From a bacterium (GTDB lineage: Bacteria; SZUA-182; DTGQ01; JBLIRR01), in assembly GCA_049472395.1 (NCBI GenBank), contig JBLIRR010000029.1, positions 3,286 through 67,285 of the forward strand: a stretch of 64,000 bases of DNA. Direction: 5' to 3'. The notes beneath the pieces are model-generated. The model made no database searches, was not told the DNA's origin, and saw only the letters and a program-made list of their open reading frames with translations. This document shows positions 40,949 through 50,518 of the stretch, piece after piece (within the stretch, counting starts at the first letter, position 1; the number at the start of each line of letters is the position of its first letter). The position numbers were made by a program, and so were the translations under genes.

Positions 40949-42709
40949 TTATTTGATCCATAATCCATAAAAAGCGACAATTCCATATGCCCGTTGTTCA
41001 CTATTACCCACCCAGCAACGGACACGATCATGATATTTAATTCCATAACAGGCGAGAGTATCATTTCCGTCAACACCTCCGGCAAAATATATCCTACACG
41101 GTGATACTGAAAAACAACGTAAATGAGCCATAGTATAACCAGCAGGTGGATAGACATCCACATAGGAATCATACCCATTCCAAATACGCCCCCCTGACCA
41201 CCCTTGGTTAGCGTAGTAAAGTCTATTATCACAATAATAAGAGGGATGTGGTATTTTGGCATCTAGATTTGCAATTTGAGAATCAACATATTGCTTTATC
41301 GCCCCTTCTGTCGGAATAGAGCTATTATCGTTATCATTAACTGTCGTGACAATATGAGAAACAGGTTGCCCCCCATCGTCCAATCTTAAATTTCCTTTAA
41401 CAGTTAAGTCACTGCTTATGCTCACAGAATCCGATATATTGACCGAACCAATAGTTGATCTTACCGTGCCATTGAGATTGACATAATCAGAGGTTGAATT
41501 TCCTAATGTAGCTGTTCCATATACATTTAAATCACGATTTTGATTGGGATCCCCTATTACCACATTATCATCTATGGTTACATCTGCACTGCCCGCTCTT
41601 TGCACTGTCCCGTTAAGATATATATGGTCATTGCCCTCATTATTCCCTAACGTATTTGTTCCAAGTACGGTTAAATCACCCTTCACATCCACTCGTGGTG
41701 AATTTGGGTCCCTGTTTACCGTCAAGATTTCATTTATTTCAAGCTCATGCTGCTCTTCACCAAGATCGGGATTACCCCCAGAGCGGACCCTGCCATTTAT
41801 GCTTACCACGTTATAGTGCTCAGGGGAAGGATTATATGTACCTAAGGTGGTGTCACCTTGGACCTGTAAATTACCGTCCGAGCCCTCTTGATTAGGATCG
41901 GCAATAACGTTGAGGTTATCCTTTATGGTTAAATCCTCTGTTTTTGATGTAAGAGGTGCATTTATTTCTATCCCCCCCACACCTTCGCCGTTGGAGAATA
42001 CCACACTCCCTCCAACCTCCAGATCACCTTCAACATAAAGATTATTGCTGCCCGGATTCCTGTTATCCCCTATTGCTACGCCACCCTGCACCGTTAATTC
42101 TGCCTTCGGTTCATCATATCCTATTCCCACATTTCCTTTATCATCGATAATAAAAGGTGTTGTGTCCTCGCTGACATCATCTACCCTCAGAGCATCTCCT
42201 CCTCCTGAACTATTAATGTGAAGCTTTGCGGCAGGTCGCTCATCTCCGTGCCCTATGCCAATCCCCACTTTGCCGTCAGAGGTGATAATGAAGGGTGTCT
42301 CATCATTTCCCTCATCATCCACCCTTAACGCATCTGTGGCGCTGGTCTGTTTAATATGTATTTTTGCTTCAGGCTCATCAGTATTTATTCCCACATTTCC
42401 TGTTTCCCGTTCTACATACAGCTTGCTCTTATTATCCGCTTTTATATTAAGCCCTTCTTTTGTTCCCTCTTCAGAACGTCCTGTGATTCTCCATCGTTTT
42501 CTCCCATCCTTATCCGAAAAATCAAGTATATTCTCCTCTTCTCCATGGGCTCTGAAACATACCGGATCATCTTCATCTTCAGATATATCGATACCATCAT
42601 CCAAAAGATTCAACTGGGATCTGATAAAATCCGCAAAATCCGCGCCTGTCGGGATCGCACCCTGTCTGAATTTATCATACAATTCTTTTCTCTTTCTTTT
42701 TTGTATCAT
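40949..42709 (-). CDS. eCIS tail fibre (Afp13-like, fibre 1) with a phage-type tip
   Basis: RKELYDKFRQGAIPTGADFADFI N-terminus, GNVGI repeats, PTEGAIKQYVD, tip VYPPAG...IYFAGGVDGND...NSEQR. Confidence 0.82.
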   Translation of the reverse strand: MIQKRKRKELYDKFRQGAIPTGADFADFIRSQLNLLDDGIDISEDEDDPVCFRAHGEEENILDFSDKDGRKRWRITGRSEEGTKEGLNIKADNKSKLYVERETGNVGINTDEPEAKIHIKQTSATDALRVDDEGNDETPFIITSDGKVGIGIGHGDERPAAKLHINSSGGGDALRVDDVSEDTTPFIIDDKGNVGIGYDEPKAELTVQGGVAIGDNRNPGSNNLYVEGDLEVGGSVVFSNGEGVGGIEINAPLTSKTEDLTIKDNLNVIADPNQEGSDGNLQVQGDTTLGTYNPSPEHYNVVSINGRVRSGGNPDLGEEQHELEINEILTVNRDPNSPRVDVKGDLTVLGTNTLGNNEGNDHIYLNGTVQRAGSADVTIDDNVVIGDPNQNRDLNVYGTATLGNSTSDYVNLNGTVRSTIGSVNISDSVSISSDLTVKGNLRLDDGGQPVSHIVTTVNDNDNSSIPTEGAIKQYVDSQIANLDAKIPHPSYYCDNRLYYANQGWSGGRIWNGYDSYVDVYPPAGYTMAHLRCFSVSPCRIYFAGGVDGNDTLACYGIKYHDRVRCWVGNSEQRAYGIVAFYGLWIK

Positions 42710-42731
42710 ACTTACTCTCTCCTATTATGCT

Positions 42732-45700
42732 CTAATAAACCATAAAGGGGTATTGACTTCTCCCATCAAATCCCACACCTGTTTTTAATATGGTAATAAT
42801 ACTTCCTTCAACTTCATTTATATTCGTTATTTCTTCCACACTGTAACTAAAATCGTCTGTCTCTTGCGCAAAGGAATCAAAATCTGCAGCAGAAAATTCT
42901 CTATTAAAACTAAATTGAGACAGATTACTCTGTAAATAGTCTTTAAAACTTTCTCCCTCTGAAACCATGAAATCAAAATCCTCCGCAAAAAGGTCAATGG
43001 TCGACAGTACGTTTCCTTTAGTATCAATATATCCTGCCTCTTTTAATGTATCCCAGATCTTCTGGGAGTCACCACGGGAAAATCCTGTTTCAATTTCTGT
43101 ATCATACTCTGTGCCTTCTACTATCCATTTTACCTTTATTGTCACAGCTACATTGGTAAAAATATACCGCAGGATGGGCCAGGCTTCTAATTCCATTGCC
43201 CCAATACCGGCAGCGAATACAGGGCCAGGCCTTGATATCCAAAAATCCGTTCCTATTGTCATATAACCGATTCCTCTAAAAGAGGCGGCATCATACAGAT
43301 CAGTCGTAATGACGTCTATAATATGACTTTCTGCGGACACTAAAAGTGAATCAGGATACTTTACTGTGGCGGCATTATCTTCTGTTAAAAAGAGAGGAAT
43401 AACCTCTGTGTAATTTTCATGGACTATTATCTGATAAAGAAGTGAAAAATTAGCAACATAATCTACATATTCTATGTTTTCTATATAGTTAATTACTGAG
43501 GAACTATACACAGAACTGCCGAAAGAAATTTCTGCTTCTTTCTCATATGCCCAGGGGGAGAGAAAACGTTTTATATCTTCATTGAGTTTGTTGATATAAA
43601 ATCCCTGATCATATCCTTCTTTAAATTTCACTGCCAGTCTATATTTAATTTCTTCAAACCGTGGATTTCTCACTTTCACACTGACCATGGGCGGCATATA
43701 CGATTGTATATACCTTTCAATGGCGCTCAGGATAGTGGCTGGAGTCTTGGGTTTCAAAGGGAAAAATGGTGCTGTATTCACATTCTTAAGAATGACGACT
43801 ATTATAATTTCACCTTTGTTCGAAGAATCTAGTATCTCAAGCTCGGTTTGAGATATACATTTTACTTTATATATCTGTGGGAATTGTGAGAGTATCATTT
43901 TTTCATAGTCATCTAATGTGAGCGCTCTATTTTTATGTTTTAACCTTTCACTCACCCGCACATAGAAATTCTCACTTTTTTCCTCTCTCTTGCCGTTAAA
44001 TGAGCTGTAGGGTTGCTCTACTTCTTTTATTGAATAATCCCTTTCAAGCATCTCTTTTATTGTACCGGCCCCGAGGGGTGTTTCTAAATGACTGGGATCA
44101 TTATCTTTATTGATATATTGTACACAAATTGACTGAGCACGGATGTCCAGGATATCAGGAACAGCGGTAATATTATTCAGGGCTTCCGCACGTATCCAGA
44201 GTCTTCCCGCGGGTAAAATTGTGTTTGTGGAAGTTGCCCCTTCCGGAATCATGAACCTGATAATACCTGTATCCTGCAATCCGAATGTTGTATCCTTCAA
44301 TATTTCCAATTGCTTAAATTGTATCCATTCATTAGAGGCCAGATAGCTCCATTGAATCTCCGGAATTGAATAGTTTACATCTCCACTGCCGGACATCATT
44401 TGAACGAGTATGGAAATAGTTTGAAGAGGCTTCAAATTTTTTATTCCAATCAAAAGATACCCCTGCTTATCATACTGAGTCAGGAAATAATCATCCTCAT
44501 CAAGTGGCCTTCCCATTTCCTTAAATCCGAAGGGATGGAATCGAAAAAGTTGAACAGGAACATCTGTAGTAGTATTGTTATCAGATACATTATCAAGGAG
44601 CATATTTGATGAAGCAGTATAATCAATGCTCATTGATTGGATTATGGGAGTATAGGGGGCAGGCAGAGTAAGCTGACTAATATCTATTTCATTCTCAGGC
44701 ATGGAAGGCAGCTTTCTTGCCTCGGGTATAACCGGTGGGTAATAGGGATCATTCTTTACTCGTGCTTCTGCTTCCGCAATCTTTGCTGCTTTTATTGAAG
44801 CTTCTCGCGCCTTTATTTCCTGCGCTACCGCCTTATAATTATTTTCAGCCAGAACACTCTCCTGTGATGCACGGGTAACCTCATTTCTTAAGTCTGCATA
44901 AAGATCTTTCATAAATCCCTGATTGCAGAGCTCCATCTTATAGTAGCGCGGCCAATGAAGAGGATCTTTTGGAAAATCTTCATTTTCTGAAAATAACTCA
45001 CCCTGGTATGTCTGATTATCAAAATCATTATAGGACAATGTCTTCTTAAACAGCATTTGAGGCTCTTCCGAGATGTTTAGCCAGGTGCGTTGATCGAGAA
45101 ATTTGAGCGCTACTTCAAAATCATTATTTTTAATGGTCCCTGCTTTCTCTAATCCGCAATGGGAATAAGCATAATAGTAGGTCTCCATATCCGGAAGTTC
45201 TGCTTCTGGAGTGAGTTCTCCTCCTGCCCATGTGAAATGAATATGCATTGAATCCAGTTTCTTCTCGCATATATCCCTGTGGGCAAAATAAAATCTGGCC
45301 GATACGTCAGGGGTAAGACCAAAGGGATGAAAAGGATTTTGAGGATTAATCATTGCCACATCACCACGCATCTTAATATCCATGAGCCCTTTTACCGACA
45401 CACTAAGATCGATTCGTTCCATACAAATAGATTTGAAATATTTATAAAAAAAAGCTTCACTTACGTTTAAAATTTTTATTACCGGATAAGGTGAAAACCT
45501 ATCTATTTGTAATGGCACGACCGAAGGAAATTCCCCATCAAGAGCTATGGCGAATTTAAGAGCATTTAAACAGATCGCATCCTTTTCATAAAGGGCAATT
45601 GTATCATAGGATTCAATAGCTCCTGCATATTCAATAGTCACATTGTTTTTATCCATTCTCTCAGTAATTGAAAATATTTCACCATTCTCCCATACTATCT

Positions 45701-48700
45701 TTTTTTCTCTATCATCATCAGTAAAATCAACTATTTGTTCAATCTCTAGAGTAACATTATTTCTATATCCCCTATAGGTGACACAAATACCATTCCCCGC
45801 TCCTGCATTATATTCTCTTACTATGTCCCCTGTGTTAAGCAATTTGGATTTCGACCGTTTCTCAAGTATGAGTGACGTATCTATAATTTCAAAACCCAAA
45901 AGATGATTTTCTGCACTTTGCTTCCATTTATTCCATTCTTTTAAAAGAGCAATGATAGTTCGTTTATCTCTTCTCTTTGGATATTTGATTGTCAGGGATT
46001 CTTCGATATAAAAATCATTAAACTGATCATAACTGGAGAGAACTGATATCTCGAAGGTATCATTTTCATTCTCTTCCATGGTCACCTCAGGTTCTGTTCC
46101 CTCAGGACCGGTATAATCAACGGTAAATCCGTTCACGTCGCTTGTTTTATATTCAAAAAACCTCTGATTTATCGGATCCGTAATCTCTGTCACATCTCTT
46201 ACCTCTGATGTGAGATCTTGCTGCGTTATTCCTGTTATTTCCCATTTCCCTGTGCCTGATTGTTCAATTGAGAATTCCACAAATGAATCTGCCTCATTTT
46301 CCCATGCATTAATGAGGTTTTCTACTGTACGATTTTCTCGGATGGTTGGATATTTAATAAATAATATCTTGAGATTGTTCGGATAATCGTTTGAAAGATG
46401 AAACGCAAAGGTTTCCGTATCGTTTTCTTGGATAACAACCTTTGCCTTTGGTACTTCGGAAAAAGGTGGAATTGGATCTGGACCGGAAGGTTTATATTTC
46501 ACACGGAATCCATCAGGATCTATGGTACAGACATAATTTAGCTCATCAAGGAAATTAACTATTAAGGGTTCAGCACCCCATCCCTTTCCCCATTGTGCAT
46601 TTTCTTCTTTTCTTATAAGAAAGAACCCATGCTTTTTGTATTCCTTGTTCCATGTGCTTAATAGCTCCTGTACATGACGTACCTGGTATTCCTTCTGAAT
46701 TGCATCATCATCCTCGGTTAGCAGGGGTGGATAGGTGATTGTTAATTGTTTTGTCATTTTATTATTATGGGTGGCATCTATCACATCACTAAAATTAAAC
46801 TTAAATTCAGTTGTAGTCTTGTCTTTTACAAATTCAATAATCGCATTTTCAAACTCCTCTGAGAGTTTATACATGGCAATAATACCAGCCTCATCAATAG
46901 TACATTCCACTATTCGGTTCTCTGAAGGCTGTAATTCCTTTTCAGTTCTGGCTATTATTTTCCATAAGCCATCTCCCATTTGTTCAATATCAAAATTACC
47001 AGGGTCATTTAATTCTGAAGTTTTCCACTCAATCCATGATTCCACAAGATCATGCGCTGATACTACACTTATTGAGGGATATTTGATGGTGAGTATCTGT
47101 TCATTATTTATCTCAAACTCAAATAGATCAATACTATTCTCTTTAAGAATAAGTGTGGGTTGGTCTGCTTCCGGCCCTTTATACCATACCCGGATTCCGT
47201 TCCCATACAGATTAGTGAGTTCACATTTCTTAATCTGTATATCTACCTGAGTTAACCTCATCTGATTAACAGGAGCTGCTTCCCATATATGGCTATCTTT
47301 ACTTTCAATATGAAAGCCTTTTGGATTATTTTCTTCCTTTTCTATCCATGCCTGCCACTCTGCAGTAATCTGGTTTACTGTTTTTGAAACCCTGCCCGGA
47401 GTAATTGTTAACGTATCGCCTGATACCAAAAACCGAGCATTTTCATCTTCTATCGAGGCATCCTCAATAATAAGATCTGCCTGATCTTGCAGGCGGCCTC
47501 TGTAGGTAATACGTATACCTTTATCTTCAAGTGATTCATATCTCTTTATTATCTCACCTGTCTTCTCTATTTCCTTTGATAAAGGTGATACATCCCACTC
47601 AGCTGTACCTGTTTTGTTAATCTCAAATCTTCCCTGATCATTAAGGGGATTGTCTTTCCAGGCTTCCCATGCTGCATGAAGATCATGAGCTGTAGATCCT
47701 TCCGGATATCGAATGCGTATATCTCGATCTGTTACCTCAAATTCAAACTCATCCTTCGCAGAATACATTTCGGAAATATAAAGATCGTGTATATCCTGAT
47801 TATCTTCAAATTCTACATATTCCGGTTCAATACTCTCCCATACTTTGTTGATCAATAACAGCTCTTTTTCATCGATTACACCAAAGCCTCCTCGCGCAAT
47901 ACTACCGCAGTAACTTACATCAACCTCGCTTGCATTGATATATTTCTTTATAAGAAATATTTTACCTGTCATATCGACAAAATAGTTACCCTCATAATGC
48001 TCATCAAATGTTTCTACTAAACTTTTCACATTAAGCGCATATTCGTTAATATCCAATTCTTCTTTTAACTCTGCTACAAACCTTTTGGGAACTAATTTTG
48101 ATATCAACTTAGTTGTATCCGTGGGATAGCTTAAATTCATCGATTGTAGATAAATCTTATTTTTTTTCTCATCAAACCTTGCTATCTTATAGACCTTGCT
48201 ATTTGTAAATACGATGTATTTATCAATACTGCTCGCATCAAAAACATCATACTTTTCAATATCACATACAAGATTACTCCTTTCCCGGTCGTATGTTTTA
48301 ACCTCTGGTTTTATGATGAATTTTCCTATTTTGAAATCGACATGATCCGCTTTTTTAAAGCCGCCGGCTATACTAAGATAAGCATTAAATATATCGCTCT
48401 TTTGCGCTAAAAGCGCTGAAAGGTTTTCGTAATCTATGGTGCCCTGTTTACAGGAGATTACCATTTCGATGTTTCTTGTGCCCTCATGTAATTGCAGCAA
48501 TGGGGAGCTTACAGCAAATCCCATTGTAATATTTTCTGACGATTCTGCTTTTGCGGATTTTCCAAAGGTGTGAAACTGCTCGATCCTCTCATCTTCATCC
48601 AGAGAAAAAATAGTATCAGTATAAAGCCCTTCTATTGTCTCAGCGCCAATCGCCGGATAGTGATACTCCCTCTTTTTAGCCCATGCTGTTTCAAGTAGTG

Positions 48701-49961
48701 CATATACCTCATCCCCGGCAATCCTGCTTAAGCTGAGATCCTTTTTCTCCATAATGACTCTAAAATCATCAACAGTCATACATAATTTTTTTTCTATATA
48801 TTTTCTCGCTGCCTCATTATTTGCTGTATATAAATGTTCTAACCTACTGATATCGTCAGGCATCTTGTAGAGCATATTCCCTGGATAGGGTTCTCCAAAG
48901 GCAAACTCCATCATGGCTTCAAATCCCTGGTTTTTATGAATCTCCTTAAGTTGAGCCCTTCGAGTGCGTGCTATTCTCTCTTTATGAACATCTTCAAGTA
49001 TTCTGTAAGCTTTCTCCCACTCAGAATCCTCAGGATATGTGATACCAACATAGCCTCTATTCATTTCTCTATAATAAACATCCAGGCAATAGAGGAAATC
49101 TTTTAAATATCTAAAACAGAGAGATTCAAAAATATAGCGTGCATCACTTTTATCTAACTCATCTTTTTCTTTCCCCTTAATTCTTTCATAGAGTTCGGTT
49201 CTTAAATAGGGAGCATCAACCTCGATCATAGTGCCATAGGCAGTATAATAGTCTGGCAAAGATTCCACACTACCCAATGCAAGACATAGTATTTTCTCAA
49301 ATCCACGATCACCCATATTATTGTTTATATGAACAGATTTTATATCGCTTGTGGTTTTATGGAAATGCATTGTTTTTATATCTGAAATCTCTGCATTATT
49401 CAGGACAATATCTTCTTGTATCTCATAATGCAGATCAGCGCCTCTGCCATCTTTACCCGCATACAAAAGTGTGCCTTTTTTTACCAAGTGTTCTTTCACG
49501 TTCTGGGCGAGTTTGAATATGACATGCACCTGGTCAGGAACTTCTTCTTTTTCTTCGAGTTTTAACACATTTTTGTAAAAAAACTCCACATTCTTTTCAG
49601 TTAACTCTGCAAACTTACCTTTAGGATAGGTGAGTAATTTTAGGAAAGCTAAAAATAATCCCCTGTGCGGCTTAGAATATTTTAAGAATTCTTCATTACT
49701 ATCTCTGAAAATATCAGGGTCTTTGGCAAATTCAGCGAACTTTGCAATCTCTTCCTCATCATCTAGAAAATCTAAAAATGATGACCAAGAACCTTCCACT
49801 TTATTTTCTTCATTATAAAAAGAAAGCTTTTTCGCGTATTCTCTTGCATACCTTAACAGATCCACAATGGAGCGTTCTTCAACAGAGACATACTCTGGCT
49901 GTAAGGCTGGTATTAATTTATCATGCTGGCTTGTTCCTGATCTATTTTTTCTTTCAGTCAT
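42732..49961 (-). CDS. Giant eCIS baseplate J-like protein (Afp11-like, 2409 aa)
   Basis: GTSQ..L.P.Y..V.ERS, PHRGLFLAFLKL, PDQVH, LYAGKD; C-terminal DTTFGL...GII, RVSERLKHKNRA, FLSPWAY, GIGYM.IG.DF. Confidence 0.92.
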   Translation of the reverse strand: MTERKNRSGTSQHDKLIPALQPEYVSVEERSIVDLLRYAREYAKKLSFYNEENKVEGSWSSFLDFLDDEEEIAKFAEFAKDPDIFRDSNEEFLKYSKPHRGLFLAFLKLLTYPKGKFAELTEKNVEFFYKNVLKLEEKEEVPDQVHVIFKLAQNVKEHLVKKGTLLYAGKDGRGADLHYEIQEDIVLNNAEISDIKTMHFHKTTSDIKSVHINNNMGDRGFEKILCLALGSVESLPDYYTAYGTMIEVDAPYLRTELYERIKGKEKDELDKSDARYIFESLCFRYLKDFLYCLDVYYREMNRGYVGITYPEDSEWEKAYRILEDVHKERIARTRRAQLKEIHKNQGFEAMMEFAFGEPYPGNMLYKMPDDISRLEHLYTANNEAARKYIEKKLCMTVDDFRVIMEKKDLSLSRIAGDEVYALLETAWAKKREYHYPAIGAETIEGLYTDTIFSLDEDERIEQFHTFGKSAKAESSENITMGFAVSSPLLQLHEGTRNIEMVISCKQGTIDYENLSALLAQKSDIFNAYLSIAGGFKKADHVDFKIGKFIIKPEVKTYDRERSNLVCDIEKYDVFDASSIDKYIVFTNSKVYKIARFDEKKNKIYLQSMNLSYPTDTTKLISKLVPKRFVAELKEELDINEYALNVKSLVETFDEHYEGNYFVDMTGKIFLIKKYINASEVDVSYCGSIARGGFGVIDEKELLLINKVWESIEPEYVEFEDNQDIHDLYISEMYSAKDEFEFEVTDRDIRIRYPEGSTAHDLHAAWEAWKDNPLNDQGRFEINKTGTAEWDVSPLSKEIEKTGEIIKRYESLEDKGIRITYRGRLQDQADLIIEDASIEDENARFLVSGDTLTITPGRVSKTVNQITAEWQAWIEKEENNPKGFHIESKDSHIWEAAPVNQMRLTQVDIQIKKCELTNLYGNGIRVWYKGPEADQPTLILKENSIDLFEFEINNEQILTIKYPSISVVSAHDLVESWIEWKTSELNDPGNFDIEQMGDGLWKIIARTEKELQPSENRIVECTIDEAGIIAMYKLSEEFENAIIEFVKDKTTTEFKFNFSDVIDATHNNKMTKQLTITYPPLLTEDDDAIQKEYQVRHVQELLSTWNKEYKKHGFFLIRKEENAQWGKGWGAEPLIVNFLDELNYVCTIDPDGFRVKYKPSGPDPIPPFSEVPKAKVVIQENDTETFAFHLSNDYPNNLKILFIKYPTIRENRTVENLINAWENEADSFVEFSIEQSGTGKWEITGITQQDLTSEVRDVTEITDPINQRFFEYKTSDVNGFTVDYTGPEGTEPEVTMEENENDTFEISVLSSYDQFNDFYIEESLTIKYPKRRDKRTIIALLKEWNKWKQSAENHLLGFEIIDTSLILEKRSKSKLLNTGDIVREYNAGAGNGICVTYRGYRNNVTLEIEQIVDFTDDDREKKIVWENGEIFSITERMDKNNVTIEYAGAIESYDTIALYEKDAICLNALKFAIALDGEFPSVVPLQIDRFSPYPVIKILNVSEAFFYKYFKSICMERIDLSVSVKGLMDIKMRGDVAMINPQNPFHPFGLTPDVSARFYFAHRDICEKKLDSMHIHFTWAGGELTPEAELPDMETYYYAYSHCGLEKAGTIKNNDFEVALKFLDQRTWLNISEEPQMLFKKTLSYNDFDNQTYQGELFSENEDFPKDPLHWPRYYKMELCNQGFMKDLYADLRNEVTRASQESVLAENNYKAVAQEIKAREASIKAAKIAEAEARVKNDPYYPPVIPEARKLPSMPENEIDISQLTLPAPYTPIIQSMSIDYTASSNMLLDNVSDNNTTTDVPVQLFRFHPFGFKEMGRPLDEDDYFLTQYDKQGYLLIGIKNLKPLQTISILVQMMSGSGDVNYSIPEIQWSYLASNEWIQFKQLEILKDTTFGLQDTGIIRFMIPEGATSTNTILPAGRLWIRAEALNNITAVPDILDIRAQSICVQYINKDNDPSHLETPLGAGTIKEMLERDYSIKEVEQPYSSFNGKREEKSENFYVRVSERLKHKNRALTLDDYEKMILSQFPQIYKVKCISQTELEILDSSNKGEIIIVVILKNVNTAPFFPLKPKTPATILSAIERYIQSYMPPMVSVKVRNPRFEEIKYRLAVKFKEGYDQGFYINKLNEDIKRFLSPWAYEKEAEISFGSSVYSSSVINYIENIEYVDYVANFSLLYQIIVHENYTEVIPLFLTEDNAATVKYPDSLLVSAESHIIDVITTDLYDAASFRGIGYMTIGTDFWISRPGPVFAAGIGAMELEAWPILRYIFTNVAVTIKVKWIVEGTEYDTEIETGFSRGDSQKIWDTLKEAGYIDTKGNVLSTIDLFAEDFDFMVSEGESFKDYLQSNLSQFSFNREFSAADFDSFAQETDDFSYSVEEITNINEVEGSIITILKTGVGFDGRSQYPFMVY

Positions 49962-50057
49962 TACACTACCCTTTTGCTTTATGCTCCTTCACACTCCGTC
50001 TCACCCTTTAAGCTTTTTTCTAACTTTTTTTATACGGCAAAAACTTAACAAATATGT

Positions 50058-50080
50058 CAAGTTTTTCCATGAAAAACTTG
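50058..50080. promoter_or_regulatory. Perfect inverted repeat (10-bp arms) between the gp25 and Afp11 genes
   Basis: CAAGTTTTTC-CAT-GAAAAACTTG; overlaps a minus-strand TTGACA at 50055-50060. Confidence 0.5.
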
Positions 50081-50113
50081 CCTTTAGCCCTGTCAGCTTA
50101 AAGCAGATCTTCG

Positions 50114-50506
50114 CTAGTATAAATAAAGAGGATACACAATATTTTGTGCGCTATTTATAGTTTTAACTGTATAATCTATATTTATTAACAATAAATGTGC
50201 TTCTTCTTCCGATTCCGTAATCTCAATTTTTTGTACATCTATTCTCGGTTCATACAAATAAATTGCATCTAAAATCATTTGCTGTATCTCTATAACCAGT
50301 GCATTATTGATTTCTTCAAACATAAATTTTTTTAGGTCGCAGCCAAAATCAGGATAATATAACCGTTCCTGTATTGCTGTTGAAAAAATTATTTCTAATG
50401 ATTCTTTTATATCATCCGCATCTGAAACAAGTTGTATATCCTTTCCATTATTGTAAAATTGCGGTGGAAATCCCCAACCAGTGCCTAAAAATTCACTGTT
50501 TCCCAA
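50114..50506 (-). CDS. gp25/GPW baseplate wedge (Afp9-like)
   Basis: FLGTGWGFPPQF, DIKESLEIIFST...ER...DFGC, YEPRI, VYPLYL; TTG start after an AAGGAGAGG RBS. Confidence 0.93.
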   Translation of the reverse strand: MGNSEFLGTGWGFPPQFYNNGKDIQLVSDADDIKESLEIIFSTAIQERLYYPDFGCDLKKFMFEEINNALVIEIQQMILDAIYLYEPRIDVQKIEITESEEEAHLLLINIDYTVKTINSAQNIVYPLYLY

Positions 50507-50518
50507 TTCACCTCTCCT

